Source: Podarcis erhardii
Lineage: Eukaryota
Direction: 5' to 3' (one strand)
Length of the DNA stretch: 64,000 bases
NCBI GenBank assembly: GCA_964252035.1
Contig: OZ176204.1
Shown: positions 12,674 through 22,868 of the stretch, piece by piece
Layout: the number at the start of each line of letters is the position of its first letter
How positions within the stretch are numbered: the first letter of the stretch is position 1
The notes under the pieces: generated by a model
What the model saw: the letters and a program-made list of their open reading frames with translations, nothing else
The model's database searches: none
Told to the model about the DNA's origin: nothing
Translations under genes and position numbers: made by a program

Positions 12674-14400
12674 AGTAATTACTGACTGGTTTCAGGAACT
12701 TTCCCACCAGCATTAGCAGTTTTGGCATGTTGGAATGAATGTGTACTGAATTTAGAGCAAGGAAAATATAAGGATGTAGTGTTTATAAGCAACTAGAATA
12801 GATTTTCATGCATAGTTTTCTAACTTTTCCAATTAAATTCTATAAAGGCACACTCAACACTAATCTTTTTGAATTTTGAAGGTACTAAGTATCTTTTTAC
12901 TGTCACTCATTCATTTTTATTAAGTTTAATCTGTGTGAGCTGTGTGTGTGTACATATACAGTATTTTTGCTTAACAAATTTCAACCTTTTTTTGTTTTTT
13001 GAACCGTTTTGAAAAAGCCATTGGAATATTAATATAATATAAAGGGAACAGCTAATCTAGACCAAAGAATGGTATTTTCACGCCTCTTGCTTTGTAACAC
13101 TTTGATTTATTTAAAGTCTCCTCCCCCCCCCAGCTCTGTTACTGCATAATCTGTTTAACACTGGTATTTCCCCAAAAGTTAGTATGGCAGCTATGTTTCT
13201 TAACATTAGTCTTCATGTTGAAATGCATGTGAGCATATTGAAATTAGGCATCATAGTGAATACCTGGAAATCCCTGACTACTTTGATTATTAGAAAGTGC
13301 TACTGCAAAACAAAAAACTTCCTGTGGATATGTAATAGTGCCAATTGGCTTGCAAAATTATAGCAAAATGGTGTTCAGTTAAGTAGAAGCTCATTAAACT
13401 TTTTTGTGACACACAAAGGGTAGGTGGAACAGGAAGTCAGTATACAAAGCTAGCACTTAATGTATAAAATCTTTTGTGAATGCTGCCAAAATGTGAATAT
13501 GTAAATGTACTGAAGGTGTGTATATAATATTCAGGATATGGGAGCAGTCTCCAAAAGAGCTTCTGTACCCGACACAAACCCTTAAAAGGAGAAACTTAAA
13601 ATTCCAATATAAAACAGAAAGTTCAGTTTAAGCATAAATTTAAAATATGCTGTTTGAGGACCGGCTTCTGTTTTGGATAACTTAATACCACGTGTTGGTA
13701 CTGAATTATACAAAAAGCAGCTACAGAAATTGGTCACAACGCTGCTTCTTCAAGGCTGCCTTTTAAAAGTGGATGTCACACATACTTCCAGCTGCAGATT
13801 GTTTCCATCTTCCACAATGTGTTTCCTCACCCTGTATTTAATAGTAAGTTTTATGTTTATTTGTGAAACCACTTTTCAGCCGTATCCCAAGAGAGCTCTG
13901 CCAGTTATTGATCATTCATTCATGTACATTGCTTTAATATTTATTCCATTTTGAAATATGTAAAGTGGTTGTCCTTTTTAAGCAATTAATACATCTGTTC
14001 CGTAACAATAGCATAAAAAAGTGTTAAGAATGGCCTTCTGTGTTCATCTGAAAAACATTGGCATGTTTTCTCATGGTCCAGGTTCTAAATAGCAGAACTT
14101 GCTAGACTACACTAAAGAATGCAATATGTTTAGCTTTGCTTGCATGTCAAAATGTATTTGTGCTATAGGAGATATTTTAAAATGAAAATATTTTGTTTTT
14201 AAATTATTTTTACAGTGTGGATTATTTTATGCTTTTATATTGTATATAGTGTCTTTTATGTAACCAACTGGCAAATGTTTTGTAGAAGACTGTTTTAAAA
14301 TGACCTGGCTCTCTTCCTGCAACTTTTGAAATACAAAACCAGTGTTTTATACTCGTATAGTCTGTTTTAAGGTCTATTAAATTGTCGTTTAAATTTTGGT
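12674..14400 (+). other. SIRT1 3' UTR with a cluster of miRNA seed matches
   Basis: AU-rich. Seed matches at 12705-12742, 13015-13068, 13158-13192 and 14288-14294. Confidence 0.75.
14376..14381 (+). terminator. SIRT1 polyadenylation signal (ATTAAA)
   Basis: gtctATTAAAttgtc at the end of the conserved-looking UTR, followed by T/GT-rich sequence. Confidence 0.6.
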
Positions 14401-16404
14401 TGCTGTTAATAATGTGTGTGGAAAGCCTCTCACTCCTCTCTTGCAACTTCTTGTTTTACCAACAGATATGAAATACAATACAGCTTGTGGAAAGTATACT
14501 ATGGCGTTTCTCCACTTAAGATTTCTAATGAATGTGAACAACACCATGGCTGGCTTTAAATTTAGTCTAAGCTTAATGTGAGACCAATATGATCTTTTGA
14601 GCAATTTAGACCAAGTCTCTATCCAATGTCTTAACTTTTCATTTTAAAGAATGAGCAGGACCACTGCAGATGCAATGCAGCCAGCCTCCTCTTACCTGTG
14701 CATAAGGTGGCCTATTACTTCTGTGCTGCTCTCTTCAGATCCTGCATGTGAGATGCAAACACACCCCATCCTGTTTTCATGCTTGAAGCCAATTGTGCTA
14801 TTTCTTCACTTTGCCTACTGTTGCTGCCATGCTACAATTCACAGCATGAATTCACACAGTGAATTTGCAGTCCCTGATTTGAGCTAATCCATGAGTAGTG
14901 CCAACAGTGATTATTTACAGATGAACAGAGAAGAGCAGTCTGACTGGACCTTAAATGTTTTCCATCCTTCATAAGAAGCTTTTCCTATGTATGTTTTATG
15001 CATTAAAAGGAGGTGCTAGAATATCTCAATACATTAGGATAACTGAATTAGCTGCCTCCATGTAGCAAGCCATTGCTGACTGCTGACTGCTGGTCTGACT
15101 CACTACATGAATTGCCAAGTCTTCACCATGCCAGTTAGTTTTTACTCCCTATGTTTTGCCCCAGAAAATCACTCATGCACCATCCAAACACCTTACAAGC
15201 TAGAAATAGCTTAATTGTTCCTTTTGGCAGCCATCTCCCTATAATATTCATCTTTCCATATCAAACCTAAAGTTAATGTTCAACAGTTATTCTACTGGCT
15301 TCCTACACAAGGGCAGAGGCTTGCATGTGAGGAAAGGGAAGTATGTAATCCACTTAAAAGTATTTTATTTCATATTATTGTGTGAGTAAAAGTGTATTAA
15401 GAGACTCATCTTCAGGTGACTCTACAACTCAGCAGATGGAGGAGAATCTGCCACAGTTCAGCACTGTAACTTTCAAAGTAAAAACAAAGGAAATTTTCTA
15501 TCTGATTTTTATTTTAATAATATATAAGGCCACTCAAAAACAGTGTTCACTGAGTGGCTCATTAATAAAATGATAAAATGCAATTAATACTTGGTATGTA
15601 AATATTTTAATCTGATAACCTTGTATTTATGAAACCCTAAGAGCAGCTGTGCAACTGCAACTATAAAAGACCTAGTGGCTTAAGGAGGGTGTATTTGTGT
15701 GATCAAGGATTTCCTGTCTTTTTTAGGAGTGAGACTCCTATAGAGTAGAAAATAGGACAGTTAATATGGGCAGTATAATAACAAAGCTCTGAGCATTTGG
15801 ACAGGTGCACCTGCCCAAATTCCCATATGAGCCCAAAGTGAGGAATGACTTTGTTTGTTTTTTAAGTGGGGAGACCTTTGACTTGTCATTTTCTCTGGCC
15901 CTAGCTGTATTTCATAGCAAACTGTTCTGTGAGCCCCCTTGCCATGTGAAACACCCAGTAAGGGTCATCTTATTCCACATGGACATACCTGAGTTCTAAG
16001 ACCATTCTTGGAGGTGGTTGCTCATCTTCTGAAACAGATTACCAACACCTCCTCTTGTTAAAAAGTGTGGCACTTAACAACTTCATTGTGAGTACCAGCA
16101 CCTATTTTTCTAGAAAGAAAGCACTGGTGCAACTCTACCTGGCCCTTGAGTGTGCCTCTGCCCAGGTGCTGCATTGCAAATCCCCCTTTCCTCCATTCTT
16201 AGGGTTAACCAAGCCTTCCCCAGCCTGGTAACCTCCAGACACTGCGGGTGACAGATCCTCCAAGTGTCCCCATTTTCTAGGGACATCCCTGATTTAGTGA
16301 AGCTGTCCTGGTTTCTGCTTTGATCCCGGGAACATCCCACTTTTCCTTAGGACGTCCCTATTTCCATTGGGAGAAATCTTGGAGGGTACGGAGTTAATGT
16401 TTTA

Positions 16405-16646
16405 CAGTGGTACCTCAGGTTACATGCACTTCAGGTTACATACACTTCAGGTTACAGACTCTGCTAACCCAGAAATAGTGCTTCAGGTTAAGAACTTTGC
16501 TTCAGGATGAGAACAGAAATCGTTCTCCGGGGGCATGGCGGCAGCAGGAGGCCCCATTAGCTAAAGTGGTGCTTCAGGTTAAGAACAGTTTCAGGTTAAG
16601 AACGGACCTCCGGAACAAATTAAGTACTTAACCTGAGGTACCACTG
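16405..16646. mobile_element. 242-bp Tc1/mariner (Tigger-like) MITE, family A
   Basis: TA|CAGTGGTACCTCAGGTTA ... TAACCTGAGGTACCACTG|TA; 18-bp TIR; internal TTCAGGTTA repeats. Confidence 0.85.
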
Positions 16647-16949
16647 TATTACGTTTTCATATATGTTGGAAGTTGCCCAGAGCGGCTGGGGCATAGCTTC
16701 CCTTTTTTTTGCGGGAAATTCCCTTATTCCAGCGCTGCTTTCCCCTGCTATCCTGGAATGTTAGATATCCTGTAGACTGTCCCCGGCACAGGTGAGGCTG
16801 CTGATCCCTTATTTTCAAATCTGAAAGTTGACAGCTATGTGCTGGGGCAGCCCAGTAAGATGTATGGGGTATAAACAGTAAAATTATCATTATGCAGTGG
16901 GACGACCCTATTGTCATCAGAGAACTGTTGGCAGGTATGGGGTGATGGG

Positions 16950-17700
16950 AGTTGTGCTCTTCACGATGGGGGGAGCCCCAAGCTGGCGAAAACTTGGCGG
17001 GGGGGGGGGAGAGATCCATGAATGACCCACAGCCCTGAGCCTGCGGGCGCGCGGCCCCGCTTGGGGTCGCCCGCTGCCCCTCCCTCTGGTGGGAGTGGCC
17101 GCCTGCCGTGAGCGCCGGCGACAGCTGCAGGACTGCCTGACCTTGCTCCGCCGTCGGATCCCCGCATCTCCGCCATGGCGACCAGGCTGCTGCTCCTCCG
17201 GCTCTTCCCGCGAGCTGTGCGGGCCACGGCGCCCGCCTCCATCCGAGCCATGAGCGCCGGGGGTGCGTACAGGCAGACCAGGGGCGGCGGCGGCGGGGCT
17301 GAGCGCGTTCTGCTGGGCTTGCGAGAGCGCGCTCCGGGGGAGCGAGGGGCTGCTTTTGCCTGGCGCTCGCAGACCTCGGCAAGGTGACCTCAGCTCAAAC
17401 CAAAGCGCGGCACTCGTCCAGGAGGCGCCTCCTCGGGGTTATGAGGACGTGCTGGGCGCTCGAGGGCCCGTCCCCCCGGGGCGCTCCTACCTGCTTTTCC
17501 GCCAAAAAACCAAAGCCCACCCCCCACCCCGGGCGTATGGCAGGCAAGAGCCGCCCCTGGCACAAGGCCCCTTTGCGTCCCTCTTCTTGGAGGGAATCAC
17601 GTGCCCTGTGGGGAAGACACGTGGAACAGCCCCCCATAAATGGCCTTTGAAGGGAGGCAGGCAATAGTCTGTTTGCAGAGCTGCACGTGAGTTCTGGGGG
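16950..17700 (+). promoter_or_regulatory. COX5B-like CpG island (promoter, exon 1, start of intron 1)
   Basis: Sharp GC/CpG enrichment. ERR-type TGACCTTG at 17138-17145. CACGTG at 17598, 17618 and 17684. Confidence 0.7.
17175..17262 (+). CDS. COX5B: COX5B-like exon 1 (mitochondrial targeting peptide)
   Basis: Strong Kozak context ccgccATGg. Arg-rich presequence with no acidic residues and an R-3-type IRAM|S site. Donor GGGG|gtgcgt, phase 1. Confidence 0.85.
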
Positions 17701-20700
17701 AGGGAATCACCATTGGCGTCCAGCGGGCTAATGATTAATAATTATGATCTAAACTTGACAATTACCCAAAGCAAAAGGGTTGTTTGTTTTCTGCTGAGGT
17801 TCTGTTGTAACTCTCGTTTGACCTGTGGGTGGAAGCCAAAGGTTCCGAAATGCCCCCTTCTCACCACAATTCTGCCACCCAGCCCCCTTCCTTGGTTAAC
17901 TCTGCTGGTGTCCAGGGGATATGGAGTAATTTAGGAGTATGCTTTCCTACCACCCCACTTAGGTAAAGGTAAAGGGACCCCTGACCATTAGGTCCAGTCG
18001 TGGCCGACTCTGGGGTTGCGGCGCTCATCTCGCTTTATTCGCTGAGGGAGCTGGCATACAACTTCCAGATCATGTGGCCAGCATGAAGCTAAGCCGCTTC
18101 TGGCGAACCAGAGCAGTGCATGGAAACACCATTTACTTTCCCACTGGAGCAGTACCTATTTATCTACTTGCACTTTGATGTGCTTTCAAACTGCTAGGTT
18201 GGCAGCAGCAGGGACCGAGCAACGGGAGCTCACCCCATCACGGGGATTCAAACCGCCGACCTTCTGATCAGCAAGTCCTAGGCTCTGTGGTTTAACCCAT
18301 AGCACCACCAGCGTCCCACCACCCCACTTACCAAATTGCAAACATCATGTCCCTGAACAGAGCCTGAAGGCAATAGCCCAGTAACTGGGATTCAATGGAA
18401 TACTTTCTCTGAATCTAGAAGTGCCATATCACCATAGATCACAGAATCAGGATTGTAGAGTTAGAAGGGACAACGTAGTCCAACCTGCTGCAATGCAGGA
18501 AATCTTTGCCCAAGGTGGGGCTCGAACCAATGACCCTGAGATTAAGATTTGCATGCTCTACCGATTAAACTATAATGTATTTTGTAAGGACATTGTGGTA
18601 CTCAGAGTTTTCATTTCAGTCCATTTCGTTATCATCTGAAGCTGTCTTATTCACTGCAACGTACTGTTAATTTCATTGAGCTCTCTGCCATGACCCCCAG
18701 GTTCCCAATTAGACCCTGCTAGATCCCATCTGATCAGTGTACTTAGTAGGGGTGGTGGTAAAGAATATGTAGTGCATCCAAAAATATCACCTTCAAACCA
18801 GTATGATTTAGAGGTGCTTAATTTTATCAGGATTGTTTTGTTCTCCACATCTTCCTGGGGTTCATTTAGTTGGGTCAACATTTAATATTAAATTGCTACA
18901 TCCTCCAAGGGCCCATGAAGCTCAGATTTTGGAAATTAAAACAAATTTTCAATTTGCCTGAAGCCAAAACAGAAAAGACTGGGAAATACACAGGACAGCT
19001 GAGTTTGGTGGCACCTTCAAGAGAAGTGGTATACTCAGTAGGTGGGAATCTGCATGGAATTCTATTTTCACACTCTTTTTCATTAATATCTCAGTACACC
19101 TTGTCAAACCATAACGCAGGTGCCCTAAAGTGGGGATTCTGTAAAGCAGGAATAGACAACATGGTGCCTTCCGGTTGTTTTCAACTACAACTACCATAAT
19201 CCCTTATCATTGGCAATGCCGCATGGGGCTCTTGGGAATTATAGTCCAAAGTATCTGGAGGGCATCAGGTTGGCTGTCCTTGATTTAATGTGTGAATTAC
19301 AGGGTTTTTAAAGACTTTTTTTTCCCAGCCAGTGGCCTGGGAAGCATAGTACCTGCTCAGCAGTTAAGGCTAGATATACAGTATCTAAGCATGCAAACAG
19401 GTGGGTAAAAGAAGAGTTGGAAACTATGACAGCAGCAGATTCCAGCTTGGTGCTAGAATTTTTCCTACAGCAGTTATTAAGAGGAAGAGGCACTGATGGC
19501 AGGGATTTTGCTCATATAGAATCCTCTCACACATGGCCTGTTAGCTACCCAGAGGCGGGGGGGCATACCTAGTGATTGGATAGGTTGGCTCAGAGTGGCT
19601 GGGAGCCTGCCAATCCTCAGGCCACTCCTCCACTGCTCTGGGTGGCTGGGTGAGATGTGCAGGCTCCTCTTGGTGCCAGGATGAAGAACTCAGATTGCTG
19701 CAGCCCTGAGGGCCCCCCTCCCCAGTTGGCTGGCAGCGCTATTAGAAGTGTGAGTAGGGCGCCCAGCAGGACTCAGAGGAACAAAACACAGGGAGAGGGC
19801 AAGAGTGGAATGGAGGCAGAAGGGAAAGAGGAAGAAGTCAGGGAGATGGACTAATGGAGATGGTGGGGAGGCAGAGCAGAGCAGAGCAGACTCAACCCCA
19901 GTGTATGTGGAGGAAGTCACTGGCTGAGTGCAAAAGGCAATGAAAAGCAACCATTTTGAGTTTCTGGTCCATGGTCTCTCCCAACTTTGGTGTTGCCAAA
20001 ACAGCTCCTTGCCAACAGCGCAAGGGACAGGGGAGGCAGCAGACTGATGTCTCTCCTTGCTGTAGACACAAGGGAGCCTAGTTATGCCTCTGTCCAAAGG
20101 TACAGTGGTACCTCTGGGTGCGGACACAATCCATTCCGGGGTGCCGTTCGCACCCCGAGCAGTCTGCAACCAGAGCGGTGCTTCTACACATGTGCGAAGC
20201 GCAATAGAGCGCTTCTGCGCATGTGCGAATGTTTCTGCACATATGCGAACTGCGCAGAACACTTCTGCGTGTGCGGAGAAACCCGGAAGTAAATACTTCC
20301 GGGTTTGTTGCGTTCTTAACCCGAAAAAACACAACATGAAGCGTTCACAAGAAGAGGTATGACTGTAGTTGTTATCATCAATGCCAACAAAGCAGAATGT
20401 AGAATGACAGAGAGAGAATCTGGATCAGAGCATAAAGAAAGATGGCAATTACAAAAGAAAGAGCTAGCTGCAATTGTTATGAAGGCCTGAGATTTGCGTA
20501 CTTAAGCCCATGCTGACCCTACGCTTAACAGTTGATTTAAATGGGTTTAAGTTTGCATATCAGTGCATAGTGTCAGATAGGTAATCAAATCTGGGGGTTT
20601 CCATTGTTCTTTTCAGGTATCCCTACAGATGAAGAGCAAGCTACTGGGCTTGAAATGAAAAGTATGCAAGCCTTGAAGAGAGGGGAAGTAAGTTTAAAGC

Positions 20701-22344
20701 AATTGAAGAGTTTCACTGAAATATGATTTTGTTTGGTTTCACACTCTTGACTAATAACTATCACTGTCAGTGGAAGATTTAAAAAAGAAATTTAACATCT
20801 AACCCAACCCATCTCCCATTGCTTTTTTTGACTACTCCATTGGCTGTGGTCTCATCATGCACTGTGACTTAGAGGTCTCAAGTCTTTACAGGCCCTGTAG
20901 ATTTTTCTCAGCATCACTTAATTTACACATCAAACTGAATTTAAAAGCAATTAAATTCATGCAGATGAACTATGGTTGGAGTGGAATACAGCCTTAAACT
21001 CTTACTTCAGTCACCCAAGATTTATAACTTTTTTTCTTTTCCACTGTATTCTAGTTCTTTAAAAATCAACCCTTGGTCATTCAGTAAAGGAAAAACATGG
21101 CAGGAGGGGATATATAACAACTGTGCTGCTAACTAACACATTTCTTCTTTATAAAGGATCCATACAACATCTTGAAGCCCAAGAAATATCCAGGAACCAG
21201 AGAAGAGCCTCATATTGTTCCATCAATTGGGGACAAGAGACTAGTGGGTTGTATCTGTAGGTATCAGAATTTGTTTGACTTCAGTACATACTGTCTTCCT
21301 GATTCTCATATTGCATAGTCTTGTAAAACCTATTAAGCTCCAGACATTTCAGGTGCAATCCCGTCCCACCACGGTGAAGCAATCGTCTTTTGATTCAAAC
21401 AGTAGAGCCTTTCCCCTTCAACATATCCCTCAGTGCATGCATGCACTCAAAGTGGGATAATTATAGAGGCAGCATGCTCAGACTTCCCATTCCCCGTCCT
21501 GGGCTGCCTGTGTGCATGCACAAGGGGAAGAAGCCACTGGACCCAAGGGGAGTTGAGGAGGGTAAGAGTGGGTGCAAGTATTTCATCCATATCTTACAAA
21601 TTACCTACAGCGAAATTTATGTTGTAATAGTGTTGATTTTTAACAGTGGTTTCTAGTTGAGTTGGGTGTGAGTGCTTTAAGAAATTTTGAAAATACTGTA
21701 TAGGCATACTTATTGACCCTGTTACAAATGGAGCGGCATGTAAAATATGCAAAGCCTGAGTCTTTGGTAGAAGATGCATACTATATTAAGATACAAGCAT
21801 GGCATTTTCTATGATTCTTGCTTTGAAACACCAAGGAGCTATTGGCTCTTTCCCAGGTTGTTTTCTCTTTCTGGCCTTGTTTTCTTGTCCGACACCAACA
21901 GTCAGCAGGGTGACAAGGTTAAACATTTCCTGCCAATTCTCCCCCACATTCATGCATTTGGGAGTCTCTTTCCCAGAGTCCCTGTGTAGTTATGTCCTAT
22001 GACAACTACACAAAAGATGCAGCAACATGCAAAACTACTTTCCACTGATATGGTAGGAAAGATGCCATAACCAACTTCAAAAATAGACCAAATTCAAAGG
22101 CTGCTCTTCTGTTATTCTAGGGAACCAAAACTGTTGTCAAATGTAACTGGCCCTTCTCTAAAGACCTTGAAGCTTTCTAAAATGTGGGTTCTTAATTAAC
22201 AGATACTGGAATTTTTTATTTCTTTTTGCAGGTGAGGAAGATAACTCCACTATTATTTGGTTCTGGGTACACAAAGGAGACAGCCACCGTTGCCCTCAGT
22301 GTGGGTCTTACTACAAGCTAACTCATTATGAACTCCCCCACTGA
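17175..22344 (+). CDS. COX5B: Cytochrome c oxidase subunit 5B family paralogue (COX5B-like), complete spliced CDS (123 aa)
   Basis: Exons: 17175-17262, 20617-20687, 21157-21256, 22232-22344 (372 nt, GT-AG). Product: [123 protein letters not shown]. It has the [11 protein letters not shown] motif and four Zn ligands (GCIC, RCPQC). The symbol indicates family, not orthology. Confidence 0.93.
17962..18317 (-). mobile_element. Full-length Sauria SINE, antisense in COX5B-like intron 1
   Basis: The reverse complement begins GGGACGC..GGTGGTGCT and ends GGTCCCTTTACCTTTACC. 13-bp TSD accaccccactta at 17949-17961 and 18318-18330. Confidence 0.88.
18432..18572 (-). mobile_element. Short SINE with tRNA-Lys(CTT)-like head and CR1-type tail
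   Basis: Minus strand reads ggtagagcatgcaaatcttaatctcagggtcattggttcgagccccacc, then cccttctaactctacaatcctgattctgtg. Confidence 0.7.
19147..19282. mobile_element. Short degenerate hAT-type MITE (related copies at about 10490-10560, 34467-34551 and 42270-42397)
   Basis: Shared actacaactcccat / gatgggagttgtagtcc core with cagg...cctg-like ends; TSD eroded. Confidence 0.45.
20103..20365. mobile_element. Tc1/mariner MITE, family B, in COX5B-like intron 1
   Basis: TA|CAGTGGTACCTC ... GAGGTATGACTG|TA. Internal 13-bp inverted repeat aaacccggaagta/tacttccgggttt. Confidence 0.75.
20617..20687 (+). CDS. COX5B: COX5B-like exon 2
   Basis: [24 protein letters not shown]; ttttcag| ... |gtaagt; 71 nt. Confidence 0.93.
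21157..21256 (+). CDS. COX5B: COX5B-like exon 3
   Basis: [33 protein letters not shown]; ataaag| ... T|gtaggt; 100 nt. Confidence 0.93.
22232..22344 (+). CDS. COX5B: COX5B-like exon 4 coding part
   Basis: [37 protein letters not shown]; tttgcag|; 113 nt including TGA. Confidence 0.93.
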
Positions 22345-22398
22345 GAACTGATACCAAGAAAAGGTGTTTTTTTCTTTCTTTCTTTCATTGTAGACTTA

Positions 22399-22404
22399 AA
22401 TAAA
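22399..22404 (+). terminator. COX5B-like polyadenylation signal (AATAAA)
   Basis: Canonical AATAAA about 55 nt after the stop codon. Confidence 0.65.
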
Positions 22405-22728
22405 TCTGCCTGCCTTTAGCTGCATCAACCTTAGTTACTTTATTGCACCTGCATCTAAAAGCTGAAACAGAAATACAATACAAGAGCTCTGAACAGTATC
22501 CCTTTTTTTGGGATCAAAGCAGCCAAAGTAGGTCTGGTTTGGATTATGGCTGCAGCTGTGCTGTTTTTTCTATTTTTAAAATCACTCCCACCCTCCTATA
22601 GCTGCTATTTACCCCATTAGAGGAAACATACAGGTGTCTATATGCTGGTGGATGAGGTACAATTAGGACCTTGATAGCAATGCATGCACCCTCATTGCTC
22701 ATAATCTACCACCTCAAGTGTAATAACA

Positions 22729-22759
22729 GCATGTGTGTGTGTGTGCGCGCGCACACACA

Positions 22760-22794
<35 letters not shown>
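22729..22794. repeat. Compound (TG)/(CG)/(CA) microsatellite
   Basis: About 65 bp of unbroken purine-pyrimidine alternation, with a 24-bp perfect palindrome at 22737-22760. Confidence 0.9.
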
Positions 22795-22796
<2 letters not shown>

Positions 22797-22868
22797 GGCT
22801 TCATTCTTAAAACTCCTGCTGACACACAAAATATTCCTTCAAAAATCTCATCATTTTCACGGGAACTA

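Noticed and set aside
16657-17667. Long ORFs on both strands around the COX5B-like promoter (e.g. 241 aa on minus)
   Set aside because: CpG-island artefacts. Only 17175-17262 joins a coherent spliced CDS.
18500-18572. tRNA-Lys(CTT)-like sequence as a tRNA gene
   Set aside because: The 5' acceptor stem is missing, the D-arm/A-box is mutated, and it is fused to a LINE-type tail, so it is a SINE head.
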